Made by a program: the position numbers and the translations under genes. Shown one piece after another: positions 18,261 to 27,744 of a DNA stretch of 64,000 nucleotides. The notes beneath the pieces were generated by a model that made no database searches, was not told the DNA's origin, and was given only the letters and a program-made list of their open reading frames with translations. The DNA comes from an uncultured Candidatus Binatia bacterium. Lineage in GTDB: Bacteria; Desulfobacterota; Binatia; Bin18. Location: the NCBI GenBank assembly GCA_965204455.1, contig CBDBEO010000001.1, positions 6,135 to 70,134 on the forward strand, written 5' to 3'. Position 1 is the stretch's first letter; the number at the start of each line of letters is the position of its first letter.

Positions 18261-20852
18261 TCAGAAGGAATACGACGCCCGTAGATAGTAGAAGCCGCCG
18301 TTGTAGCCGTACGGTGAGACGACCGGGTATTTCATGCCGTGGCGGCCGGCATACTTGTTTCTGGTCGGATAGGTGTCGAGCAGGTTCTGCGCGCCAAACG
18401 CCAGGGTCACGCCGCTCAGCGCGCCGCTGAAGAAGGTATATGACGCTTCCAGGTCGAGCAGGGCGCGGGCGTGGGCGTGGACGGGGCTGGTGGCTCTGAA
18501 GATCGGGAAATCCTTGAAATCGTCATGGTAGTGGAGCCGGCTGAGCAGCCGCCACGGTCCCCAGCGGTGGTCTGCGCTCAGCGTGAAGCGGAACTCCGGG
18601 GAGGTGTTCTCAATCTGGGCGGCCCGCAGATCATTGGTGATGCTGGGGTTACGCTTATCGACCTCGGTGGTGTTCCAGTTGCCGGCAAAGGTGAACAGGG
18701 TCGAGCCGGCCCGGCCGCCGAACCACTCCAGGGGGTAGGTCGCCACGACATCCAGCCCCTGGGTCGTGGTGCTGAAGTCGTTGTTGAAGTAGCTGACCTG
18801 GCCGCCCACAATGTCGATGCCGACGGCGGCCAGGGCGGCTCTGTCGGCCTCGGTGAGGAGGAAATTCTGGCTCAGCATGATCCGCCGGCGGACCTCCATG
18901 TTGTAGTAGTCGGCGGTGACGGACAGGGCGCCGAGCGTGATGACCGCGCCGACGCTGAAGCTGGTTGAGTGTTCGGGGCCGAGCGGCTTGCCGCCCTTCT
19001 GTTGGGCAATCGGGTCGTTGCCCGACAGCACGTAGGTCAGGTTCAGTTCGCCGGTTTCGGCGTTGAGGCTCGAGGTGATGTTCCGATAGTTGGCCTGCCC
19101 GACGGTTGGCGCCCGAAAGTTCGTTCCGATGGAACCGCGCAGCGCCAGCCTCTCCCCCAGCAGGGGGGGGGTCCAGCGGGCGGCCAGCTTGCCGTTGAGC
19201 GACTCACCGACGCCGGCATGGTGCTCAAACCGACCTGCGGCGGTGAGCAACACATCGGCCACGACATCGGCCTCCAGGTCGAGATAGGCGCCAAAACTGT
19301 CCCGGCTGGCCTCGGTCGCCTCTGCGGGCGAGGTGCCCGGGTGGCCGGAGACCGCGACCGCCAGGCCCTGCCGGGCCAGCGCCTCGTCACGGAAGTAGGA
19401 ATTCGGCTCGCCGGTTCCGCTCTCAAAGGTTTCTTCCCGGTACTCCAGGCCAATGGCGACGTTCAGCGGAGAAGCGAGGAGGCCGAGGTCGAACGGCCGG
19501 GACAGGTCGAGGTTGAAGATCTTGTCCCGCTCCTCGTACCTGCGGGTTCGGTAGCGGGTCGGAATCGCGTCCCTGAAGCGGATCAGATTCGGATTGACGC
19601 TGTTCCTGAGGTGGGTGTCCATGCTGTTCTGACCGAAGCCGGCGCTCAGGTCGTAGCGCCAGCCGTCCAGCAAAAGAATAGAGGTGCTGCGCAGCTTCCC
19701 CCGCAGGCCGAAGACGAGGCTCCAGTCGTTGACCACGCCCCGGAACCGGGGGGTGAAGCCGCCTGGGAATGCCTGGGCCAGGGCGTAGCAGTTGTCCTGG
19801 CCCATCAGCGGGGCCAGGGCGGCCGGACCCTGCTCGACATAATCGCCAGCCGTGATCGTCGGGCAGTTGGCGGACCGCCCGTCCGCAGACAGGTCGGCGA
19901 CCAGCAGTTCATCGCCCTGGGCGAACACGCCGGGAAAACTGGCCGGATTGCGCCAGTAGAAGGTGTCTTCAATCTCGCGCTCGGCGTAGTTGCCGAAGGC
20001 GTACAGCTGATGGTCGGTGCCGAGGTCGAGGCCGAGGTTGCCGAAGAATTTATAGTCGTAGGTCACGTCCGGCGCGCCCCAGGGTTGGGCTGCGGATCTG
20101 CGGATAAAGGCGTTGCCGTGCTCGATCATGCGCCGGGCGTCGTCGCGCTGCACGCTGCGGTTGGTCGAATCCGCATTGGTGAACTCGAAGCTGAAGTTGG
20201 CAAAGCCGGCCTCGGTCAGCGGCAGGCCGATGTTGGCCGCGACATTCAGCCGGTCGCCGTCGCCGTGGTAGTACTGGCCCAGGTTGGTCTCCAGGCTGCC
20301 GCCCTCGGGCGCGTCGCGCAGGACGAAGTTCAGCACCCCGGCCACCGCGTCGGAGCCATACTGGGCGCCGGCTCCGTCGCGCAGGACTTCCACCCGCTTG
20401 AGGGCGATGGACGGGATGGAGGCGATATCCGTCCCGTGTGAACCGCTGGCCAAGCCATAACTCCAGCGGGTAATCGCCGAGGAACGGTGGCGGCGTTTGC
20501 CGTTGACCAGCACCAGGGTCGAGTCCGGCGGCAGGCCGCGCAGCTTGGCTGGGCGGACCAGGGCGGCCTCGACACCGATGCCGTACTGAAAGACCTTGTA
20601 GGATGGGACGGTCGCCGACAGCAGGTCGTTCATGTCCGTGGTGCCGTAGGACTTGAGACTGTCGCCGTCAATCACGTCCACCGGCACGGGCGAATCCGCA
20701 GCCGAGCGGCCCGCCGCCCGGGAGCCAACCACCCGGATTTCTTCGAGGCCGACGATCCTGTCGGCTTGGACGGCCTGCTGCGCTCCGGCCGGGGCTGAGA
20801 TCAGCAAAACCAGGAGTAACACTAGGAAACCGCACGGCCCGAACTTCCTCAT
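18261..20852 (-). CDS. TonB-dependent outer-membrane receptor (paralog 1)
   Basis: Start is MRKFGPCGFLVLLLVLLISAPAGAQ (signal peptide). Plug-domain motifs follow: ...SPVPVDVIDGDSLKSYGTTDMNDLL...LRGLPPDSTLVLVNGKRRH... The C-terminus ends in an aromatic residue (...ASYSF). Confidence 0.85.
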   Translation of the reverse strand: MRKFGPCGFLVLLLVLLISAPAGAQQAVQADRIVGLEEIRVVGSRAAGRSAADSPVPVDVIDGDSLKSYGTTDMNDLLSATVPSYKVFQYGIGVEAALVRPAKLRGLPPDSTLVLVNGKRRHRSSAITRWSYGLASGSHGTDIASIPSIALKRVEVLRDGAGAQYGSDAVAGVLNFVLRDAPEGGSLETNLGQYYHGDGDRLNVAANIGLPLTEAGFANFSFEFTNADSTNRSVQRDDARRMIEHGNAFIRRSAAQPWGAPDVTYDYKFFGNLGLDLGTDHQLYAFGNYAEREIEDTFYWRNPASFPGVFAQGDELLVADLSADGRSANCPTITAGDYVEQGPAALAPLMGQDNCYALAQAFPGGFTPRFRGVVNDWSLVFGLRGKLRSTSILLLDGWRYDLSAGFGQNSMDTHLRNSVNPNLIRFRDAIPTRYRTRRYEERDKIFNLDLSRPFDLGLLASPLNVAIGLEYREETFESGTGEPNSYFRDEALARQGLAVAVSGHPGTSPAEATEASRDSFGAYLDLEADVVADVLLTAAGRFEHHAGVGESLNGKLAARWTPPLLGERLALRGSIGTNFRAPTVGQANYRNITSSLNAETGELNLTYVLSGNDPIAQQKGGKPLGPEHSTSFSVGAVITLGALSVTADYYNMEVRRRIMLSQNFLLTEADRAALAAVGIDIVGGQVSYFNNDFSTTTQGLDVVATYPLEWFGGRAGSTLFTFAGNWNTTEVDKRNPSITNDLRAAQIENTSPEFRFTLSADHRWGPWRLLSRLHYHDDFKDFPIFRATSPVHAHARALLDLEASYTFFSGALSGVTLAFGAQNLLDTYPTRNKYAGRHGMKYPVVSPYGYNGGFYYLRASYSF

Positions 20853-20952
20853 ACGCCTGCCTCGCCTGTTCACCGCGCCTGGTGGGTGAGTGCTAGAAAG
20901 AGTAAACGTGTCCTCTAATAGATATGAGCTGTCGATACGTTCACTCTTTGTT

Positions 20953-23598
20953 TCAGAATGCGTACGACGCCCTGAAGTAGTAGAAGCCGCCGTTGTAGCC
21001 ATACGGCGAGGCGACCGGGTACTTCTGGCCGGCATCATACGCATCGCGATGCAGCCGTCCGACCTTGGTCGGATAGGTGTCGAGCAGGTTATCCGCACCG
21101 ACCGCCACCGTCATCCCGAAGGCGAACGTGTACGACGCTTCCAGGTCGAGTAAGGCCCGAGCCTTGGGGCGGAGGGAGGGGCTGATGAAATAATCCTGGT
21201 ACGGCTCGGTGAATTGGTCGTAGTAGTGCAGCCGGGCGAGGAGTCGCCACGGGCCCCAGGTGTGGTCCGCCATCAGCGAGAAGCGGAATTCCGGCTCGAT
21301 CTCTTCAACCTGGACTTTGCGCACCGCATCGATGACCTGCGCGTCAATCGAATCCAGATTGAGTTTGGTGTCGTTCCAGTTGCCGGCGAAGGTCAACAGG
21401 GTCGTGCCAAAGCGGTCGCTGAACAGGTCCAGGGGGTAGGTTGCCACCATATCGATGCCCTGGGTGTAGGTCTCGAACGCGTTGGCAAAGAACTTGACGG
21501 TCGTCACGCCCCGATTGTCGACGCCCCGCGCCGCCAGGGCGGCGATATCGTGAGCGGTGATGCTCTGGGGGGCGGTCAGCCCAATCCGGTTTCTGACTTC
21601 TATGTTGTAGTAGTCCAGGGTGACGGACAGCTCGCCGAGGGTCAGTATCGTGCCGATGGAAAAGGAGAAGGAGGTCTCGGGCGTGAGCGGCTTGGCCCCC
21701 TTTTGTTGGGCAATCGGGTCGCTGGCCGGCAGCGTGGGCTGCTCGGTGAGGAGGCCGTGCTCGTCAAGGCCGAAGGTCGTATCCCGGTAGATGACCTGCC
21801 CCACGGTCGGAGCGCGAAAGCCGGTGCCCAGCGAGCCGCGCAGCGCCAGGTAGTCCGCGATCACGTCCCAGCGGCCGGCCAGCTTGCCGTCCAAAGACTC
21901 GCCGACGCCTTCATGGTGCTCGAAGCGGCCGGCGGCGGTGAGCAGGACGCTTTCAATGACATCGGCCTCCAGGTCGAGATACGCACCAAAGCTGTCCCGG
22001 TTGGCCTCCACGGCATTCTCCGGCCGAATGCCGGGATAGGCTTGGCCGCCGATGTCAAACCCCTGGGCCGCGAGACCATGCTCCTTGGCCTGCCCGTCGC
22101 ATTCTCCCTGGTCGTCGATGCACCAGCCGTTTTTCTCGCCGGATTCGATCTCGTACTCTTCCTCGCGGTACTCCAGCCCGAAGGCCACGTTCAGCGGAGA
22201 GTAGAAGAGGCCGGTATCGAACCGCCGGGACAGGTCGAGGTTGAAGGTCTTGTCCCGCTCCTCGTAGGCGCGCCCAAAGTATTCCGTCGGCATCTCCTCT
22301 CTGAGGCGCAGGAGTTGCGGGTTGACGGTGTTCCAGATGAAGTAGGTCGTGCGGTGCTGGCCGAACACGGCGCTCATGTCGTAGTTCCAGCCGTCGAGCA
22401 GCAGGGAGGCGCTGCGCAGTGTCCCGCGCAGGCCGAAAGCGATACTCCAGTCTTCCACATTGCCGCGCATCCGGGGGGTGAAGCCGCCCGGCAGATTCTG
22501 GGCCAGCGCGTAGCAGTTCGGGTTGCCCTGCAACGCGGCCAGCGCGGCCGCGCCGTTTTGCGCAAACTCGCCGCGCGGGATGCTTGGACAGTTGCCGGAG
22601 CGTCCGTCGGGCGACAGGTCGGCGATCAGCACGTTCCCACTATCTTCATAGACCCCGCCTATCGAGGCCGGAGACCCATACTCGGCGGTTGGGGAGCGAA
22701 AATACCACGAGTCCAGGATCTCGCGTTCGGCCCAGTTGCCGAAGGCGTAGGCGTGGTGGTGGTCGCCGAGGTCGAGGCCGAGGTTGCCGAAGAATTTGTA
22801 ATCGTACGGCACGTCGGCCGCGCCCCAGACCATCGCCGGGGATTTGACGGGCAGGCCCGCGCCTCTCAGTGCCTGCTCCGAGTCGAGCGCATAGCTGCGG
22901 TCGGTCGAGTCGGAGTTGACGAACTCGAAGCTGAAATTGGCGAAACCGGCGTCGGTCAGCGGCAGCCCGATGTTGGCCGCCGTGCTCACCGAGTCGCCGT
23001 CGCCCTGGTAGTATTGCCCCCAGCGCGCCTCGATTGAGCCGCCCTCGGGCGCGTCGCGCAGCACGAAGTTCATCACCCCGGCCACCGCGTCCGAGCCGTA
23101 CTGGGCGCCTGCGCCGTCACGCAGCACCTCGACGCGTTTGAGGGCGATGGCCGGGATCGAACGAATGTCGGCGCCGTGCGCCCCCTGGGCCTGGCCGAAG
23201 GTGAAGATGCTGATCGCCGACGAGCGGTGGCGGCGTTTGCCGTTGATCAGCACCAGGGTCGAGTCCGGCGGCAGGCCGCGCAGCTTGGCCGGACGGACCA
23301 GGGTGTTGGCATCGCCGATGGCGTGTTGGGTGATATTGTAGGACGGAATGGTCGCGGCCAGCAGGTTGTTGAGATCCCGCACGCCGTAGTTGCGGAAGCT
23401 GTCGCCGTCGATGATATCGACCGGCACGGGCGAATCTGCGGCCGAGCGGCCAGGCATCCGGGAGCCGACGACTTGCAGCTCGTCGAGTCCGATGACCTCA
23501 TCCTGCGGCTGCGTCTCCTGGGCTCCTGCCGGTGCAAAGCCTCCCACGAGCAGCAGGGCTCCCATCAGACCACCCAACCATCTCCCGAATTGTCTCAT
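20953..23598 (-). CDS. TonB-dependent outer-membrane receptor (paralog 2)
   Basis: 881 aa: MRQFGRWLGGLMGALLLVGGFAPAGAQ..., clearly paralogous to the preceding gene along its full length. The C-terminus is ...ASYAF. Confidence 0.85.
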   Translation of the reverse strand: MRQFGRWLGGLMGALLLVGGFAPAGAQETQPQDEVIGLDELQVVGSRMPGRSAADSPVPVDIIDGDSFRNYGVRDLNNLLAATIPSYNITQHAIGDANTLVRPAKLRGLPPDSTLVLINGKRRHRSSAISIFTFGQAQGAHGADIRSIPAIALKRVEVLRDGAGAQYGSDAVAGVMNFVLRDAPEGGSIEARWGQYYQGDGDSVSTAANIGLPLTDAGFANFSFEFVNSDSTDRSYALDSEQALRGAGLPVKSPAMVWGAADVPYDYKFFGNLGLDLGDHHHAYAFGNWAEREILDSWYFRSPTAEYGSPASIGGVYEDSGNVLIADLSPDGRSGNCPSIPRGEFAQNGAAALAALQGNPNCYALAQNLPGGFTPRMRGNVEDWSIAFGLRGTLRSASLLLDGWNYDMSAVFGQHRTTYFIWNTVNPQLLRLREEMPTEYFGRAYEERDKTFNLDLSRRFDTGLFYSPLNVAFGLEYREEEYEIESGEKNGWCIDDQGECDGQAKEHGLAAQGFDIGGQAYPGIRPENAVEANRDSFGAYLDLEADVIESVLLTAAGRFEHHEGVGESLDGKLAGRWDVIADYLALRGSLGTGFRAPTVGQVIYRDTTFGLDEHGLLTEQPTLPASDPIAQQKGAKPLTPETSFSFSIGTILTLGELSVTLDYYNIEVRNRIGLTAPQSITAHDIAALAARGVDNRGVTTVKFFANAFETYTQGIDMVATYPLDLFSDRFGTTLLTFAGNWNDTKLNLDSIDAQVIDAVRKVQVEEIEPEFRFSLMADHTWGPWRLLARLHYYDQFTEPYQDYFISPSLRPKARALLDLEASYTFAFGMTVAVGADNLLDTYPTKVGRLHRDAYDAGQKYPVASPYGYNGGFYYFRASYAF

Positions 23599-23795
23599 AT
23601 CTCCTCCTTATTCCGCCCCGTCTGCGCGGGCCGGATGTCGCCTTGTCGGGAACGTGCCATTGATAAGCGTAACTTATGCAGATGGGCAGGAAAGAGCAAG
23701 TGAACCTGCTTGTCAAGGAGAGGCTTTCGGGTGATAGTGCCGGGCAAGACTTGCCGTGCCGCCTGTCTGTGTGTGAACCAAACACGAGGTGAACC

Positions 23796-25544
23796 ATGTC
23801 CGCCGCATCCCCTGGTCCCAACCTGGACATCCGCTACGAACCCAATGAGCGTCCGCCGCATCTGCTGTCCCTTGGCCTCGGCTTTCAGTACGCCCTGCTG
23901 GTGCTGGCCGGGATCGTGCTGACCCCGGCGATTGTGATCCGGGCGGCCAGCCAGAGCGAGGTCTATATGTCCTGGGCGATCTTTGCGGCCCTGGTGATCT
24001 GTGGGCTGACGACCGCCCTGCAGGCCGCCCGGCTGTGGCGCATCGGCTCCGGTCACGTCCTCATCATGGGCACCTCCGGCACCTTCATTGCCGTGTGCAT
24101 CGCGGCCCTGGTCGAGGGTGGGCCGGGGCTGCTGGCGACCCTCATCGTTGTCTCATCGCTGTTCCAGTTCGCGCTGTCGGCGCGGCTGGCCCTGCTGCGG
24201 CGGATCATCACGCCGGTCGTGTCGGGGACGGTGATCGCTCTGATCGCCGTCACCATCATGCCGATCATGTTCGGGCTGTTGACCGAGGTGCCCGAGGGCA
24301 CGCCGCCGGCTGCGGCTCCGCTCAGCGCGGCGGTGACCCTGGTCACCAGCGTCGCCTTCGTGCTGCGCGCCTCGGGTATCTGGCGCCTGTGGGCGCCGGT
24401 CATCGGCATTGGCGCGGGCTGTGTGGCGGCCTCACTGTTCGGTCTGTATGACACTCAGCAGGTGGGCGCGGCCGCCTGGGTCGGCTTCCCGACGGGCGGC
24501 TGGGCCGGGTTTGACCTGAGCTTTGGTCCGGCCTTCTGGGCGCTCTTGCCGGCCTTTGTGTTCGTGACCCTGGTCGGGGCGATTGAGACGGTCGGCGATA
24601 CGGTCGCCGTGCAGCGGGTCTCGTGGCGTACGCCGCGGGCGGTCGATTTCCGCACGGTGCAGGGCTCGCTGGCCGCCGACGGCCTGGGCAATCTGCTGTC
24701 CGGCTTTGCCGCAACCGTGCCGAATACGACCTACTCGTCGAGCGTGCCGCTGGCCGAACTGACCGGGGTGGCCGCCCGCAGCGTTGGGGTGTGCATGGGA
24801 ATCATCTTTGTCGTGCTGGCCTTTTTGCCCAAAATCACGGCGCTGCTGCTGGCCATTCCAAACCCGGTGGTCGGCGCCTACGCGATCATCCTGATGGGGC
24901 TGCTGTTCATGCAGGGGATGAAGATCGTCGTCCACGATGGCATTGATTACCGCAAGGCCGTGGTGGCCGGACTCTCCTTCTGGATCGGGGTGGGCTTCCA
25001 GAATGGGGTGATCTTCGCCGACTATTTCAATGAGACCTGGGGTGCCCTGCTGGGCAACGGCATGACCATGGGCGGCCTGGCCGCCGTCGTGCTGAGTGTG
25101 TTCATGGAGGTGACCGGACCGCGCCGCCGGCTTGAGATGGGCTTGAACATCGAGGCTGTGCCGAACATTGAGCGTTTTCTGCGCGGTTTCGCCTCGCGCT
25201 TGGGCTGGAATACCGAGTCAACCGAACGCCTGTGCTCGGCCGGCGAAGAGACCTTGCTGACTCTGCTGCGGTCAGAGGACGGCGAGCAGGCGGCCGCAGG
25301 ACGGCGTCTGCTGGTGGTTGCGCGCAGTGACGCCAACGCCGCAGAGTTGGAGTTTGTGTCCGCGACCGGTGAGCAGAACCTCGAGGACCAGTTGGCCCTG
25401 CTCGAGGAAGGCGCGGCCGGGACGCCGGCTGAGGCTGAGCTGTCGCTGCGCCTGCTGCGTCACTTCGCCTCGTCGGTGCGCCACCAGCAGTATCACGACA
25501 CGGCTGTGGTGACGGTCCGGGTCGAGGCCAGCGGTGCCGCATAG
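23796..25544 (+). CDS. NCS2 (nucleobase:cation symporter-2 / xanthine-uracil permease) family transporter with an unexplained ~150-aa C-terminal cytoplasmic extension
   Basis: ...LGLGFQYALLVLAGIVLTPAIV... and ...IPNPVVGAYAIILMGLLFMQG... are NCS2-like. Residues from about 440 to 582 (MEVTGPRRRLEM...VTVRVEASGAA) are non-membrane and of unknown family. Confidence 0.7.
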   Translation: MSAASPGPNLDIRYEPNERPPHLLSLGLGFQYALLVLAGIVLTPAIVIRAASQSEVYMSWAIFAALVICGLTTALQAARLWRIGSGHVLIMGTSGTFIAVCIAALVEGGPGLLATLIVVSSLFQFALSARLALLRRIITPVVSGTVIALIAVTIMPIMFGLLTEVPEGTPPAAAPLSAAVTLVTSVAFVLRASGIWRLWAPVIGIGAGCVAASLFGLYDTQQVGAAAWVGFPTGGWAGFDLSFGPAFWALLPAFVFVTLVGAIETVGDTVAVQRVSWRTPRAVDFRTVQGSLAADGLGNLLSGFAATVPNTTYSSSVPLAELTGVAARSVGVCMGIIFVVLAFLPKITALLLAIPNPVVGAYAIILMGLLFMQGMKIVVHDGIDYRKAVVAGLSFWIGVGFQNGVIFADYFNETWGALLGNGMTMGGLAAVVLSVFMEVTGPRRRLEMGLNIEAVPNIERFLRGFASRLGWNTESTERLCSAGEETLLTLLRSEDGEQAAAGRRLLVVARSDANAAELEFVSATGEQNLEDQLALLEEGAAGTPAEAELSLRLLRHFASSVRHQQYHDTAVVTVRVEASGAA

Positions 25545-25688
25545 AACGCCGGGGTATTGCGAAACCCTATATTTTTCAGACCTTTAGCATTTTCTTGGAC
25601 GCTATCGGGCAGCAATTTCTCCGTTTACTCAGCCGCCCCGATGTGCTAAGCACGAAACCAGAATTCATCGCGCAGGAGGGCCATTCCC

Positions 25689-26441
25689 ATGTCAGGCCAC
25701 TCTAAATGGAGTACGATCAAGCACAAAAAGGCGGTCAAGGATGCCCGCCGGGGCAAACTGTTCAACAAACTGATTAAAGACCTGACGATTTCGGCCCGCA
25801 TGGGCGGCAGTGATGTGTCGGCCAATCCGCGTCTGCGAACGGCCCTGGCTGCGGCCAAGGCGGCCAGTATGCCGAACGACACGATTGAGCGGGCGATCAA
25901 AAAAGGCGCCGGCGAACTCGAAGGCGTCAGCTATGAGGAGGTGGTGTACGAGGGCCACGGGCCGGGCGGGGTGGCGATCATGCTGCAAGTCGTGACCGAT
26001 AACAAAAACCGCACGGTGGCCGAGATCCGCCATTTCCTGACCAAGCATGGCGGTAGCCTGGGCACCTCGAATTCGGTCGCCTGGATGTTTGATAAGAAGG
26101 GCATTATTTCGGTCGAAGCCGAGCAGGTTGACGAAGACCAACTGATGGAGATTGTCCTCGAAGCCGGAGCCGAAGACGTGAGTGGTGGCGAGGGCGCGTT
26201 CGAGGTGGTGACCAGCCCGGAGGATTTTGACGCGGTGCACACCGCGCTTGAGCAGGCCGGTCTGGCCATGCAGTCGGCTGAGGTGACGCTCATCCCCCAG
26301 AACACGGTCAGCCTGTCCGGGAAAGAGGCCGAGCAGGTGTATAAACTGCTCGATGTGTTGCAGGAACACGACGATATCCAGAGTGTGGCCGCCAACTGTG
26401 AGTTCTCTGAGGAGGACTTCGAGCGCTTGAGCGCGGCCTGA
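25689..26441 (+). CDS. yebC: YebC/PmpR family DNA-binding transcriptional regulator
   Basis: MSGHSKWSTIKHKKAVKDARRGKLFNKLIKDL... is the canonical YebC N-terminus. Confidence 0.9.
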   Translation: MSGHSKWSTIKHKKAVKDARRGKLFNKLIKDLTISARMGGSDVSANPRLRTALAAAKAASMPNDTIERAIKKGAGELEGVSYEEVVYEGHGPGGVAIMLQVVTDNKNRTVAEIRHFLTKHGGSLGTSNSVAWMFDKKGIISVEAEQVDEDQLMEIVLEAGAEDVSGGEGAFEVVTSPEDFDAVHTALEQAGLAMQSAEVTLIPQNTVSLSGKEAEQVYKLLDVLQEHDDIQSVAANCEFSEEDFERLSAA

Positions 26442-26518
26442 GCACGCAGAGGGGTGGGGGCAAAACCCGTCAGCGTTCTCGCATCGACACGTCGACGGGT
26501 TCAAGGAGGAGGAGACAG

Positions 26519-27151
26519 GTGGGACGCACGGAAACAGCACAGCGGGTGCTTGGGGTAGACCCCGGGACGCGGCAGACCGGCTGGGGTATTGTTGACCGCC
26601 GAGGCCGGGCTCTCGCTTTTTGTGCCGGCGGGGTGATCTCGACCGCCGGCTTCTCCTCCTTGCCGGAACGGCTGCGGGTGGTGCACGCCGGCATCACCGA
26701 GGTGATTAAGCAATGGACGCCTCACACCCTGAGTCTGGAAAAAGCGTTTGTGGCCTACAATGTCCAGAGCGCGTTTCGGCTCGGCGAAGCGCGGGGTGTG
26801 ATCCTGCTGGCCGCGGCTCAGGCCGGGCTGCACATTGCCGAGTACAATCCGACCGAGATCAAGACTGCGGTGGTCGGTTATGGCCGGGCGGATAAGACCC
26901 AGGTGCAGAAAGCGGTGTTTGCTCTATTGGGCAATGCACGGGCCTTGCCGACCAGCCCGGACGCCACGGATGCCCTGGCCGCAGCGGTGTGCCACTGTCA
27001 TACCTCACCGCTGGCGGCCCAGATTCAGGCCCAGCTGGCCGCGACGCCCTCTGGTCGGCGCAAAAGCGGCCCGCGTTCGTGGCGTCAGGTGTCTATTGAC
27101 AGTCTGGCTCCCGAGCGGGTGGTCGGAGGGCCGCCGCGAGGCCGGGGCTGA
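26519..27151 (+). CDS. ruvC: Crossover junction endodeoxyribonuclease RuvC
   Basis: ...RVLGVDPGTRQTGWGIV...EYNPTEIKTAVVGYGRADKTQVQ... Confidence 0.9.
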   Translation: MGRTETAQRVLGVDPGTRQTGWGIVDRRGRALAFCAGGVISTAGFSSLPERLRVVHAGITEVIKQWTPHTLSLEKAFVAYNVQSAFRLGEARGVILLAAAQAGLHIAEYNPTEIKTAVVGYGRADKTQVQKAVFALLGNARALPTSPDATDALAAAVCHCHTSPLAAQIQAQLAATPSGRRKSGPRSWRQVSIDSLAPERVVGGPPRGRG

Positions 27152-27153
27152 CG

Positions 27154-27744
27154 ATGATTGCGCGTCTGAGCGGCAGAGTCGAAGACAAGGCGCCGGATCA
27201 CCTGATTGTCGATGTCGGGGGGGTGGGCTATCAGGTGTTTGTCTCGCTCCAGACGTTCTATCGCCTGCCCGAGCGAGGCCAGTCGGTCAGCCTGCATATC
27301 CATACCCATGTGCGTGAAGATGTCTTGCAGCTGTTCGGTTTTCTCGATGAGCAGGAAAAGGCCGGGTTTGTGCTGCTCAAGGGGGTGAGCGGGATCGGCC
27401 CCCGACTGGCCGTCAATATCCTGTCCGGCATTCCGGTTGAGGACCTTGAGGACGCCCTGCGCGCCGGTGATGTGACCCGGCTGCTGGCGGTTCCGGGGGT
27501 CGGACGAAGAACGGCCGAGCGTTTGGTCGTCGAGCTGCGGGAAAAGGTCGGGACGCTTCCCGGCAGTGACGGCGCGGCCGTTCCCGGTGCCCAGGTTCCG
27601 GTTTCCACGGATGCGGTGTCGGCCCTGGTCAACCTGGGCTATCGTCAATCTCAGGCCGAAAAGGCGGTCCAGCACGCCCTGCGGGATGGCCGCTCGACGC
27701 TGACCGATATTATCCAGGAGTCGCTACGGAGTCTGAGCGCGTGA
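27154..27744 (+). CDS. ruvA: Holliday junction DNA helicase RuvA
   Basis: [31 protein letters not shown]...[15 protein letters not shown]... Confidence 0.9.
   Translation: MIARLSGRVEDKAPDHLIVDVGGVGYQVFVSLQTFYRLPERGQSVSLHIHTHVREDVLQLFGFLDEQEKAGFVLLKGVSGIGPRLAVNILSGIPVEDLEDALRAGDVTRLLAVPGVGRRTAERLVVELREKVGTLPGSDGAAVPGAQVPVSTDAVSALVNLGYRQSQAEKAVQHALRDGRSTLTDIIQESLRSLSA

Noticed and set aside
18969-23037. + strand ORFs of 490 and 607 aa (18969-20441, 21214-23037)
   Set aside because: They are antisense to the two TonB-dependent receptor genes, artefacts.
23599-23795. Possible cobalamin riboswitch in the 5' leader of the TonB-dependent receptor (BtuB-like context, with cob genes nearby)
   Set aside because: I reverse-complemented the leader and looked for the conserved core (GGGAA...GGTG..AA.TCC, GC.G.CCCGC.AC.GTAA) and the B12 box (AGYCMGGAAGRCCKGCC). 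None of these is present.
23599-23795. Purine riboswitch upstream of the NCS2 permease on the + strand
   Set aside because: The conserved purine-riboswitch junction sequences (GUUUCUACC, CCGUAAAU) are not present. Only a short ataag...cttat inverted repeat is seen.
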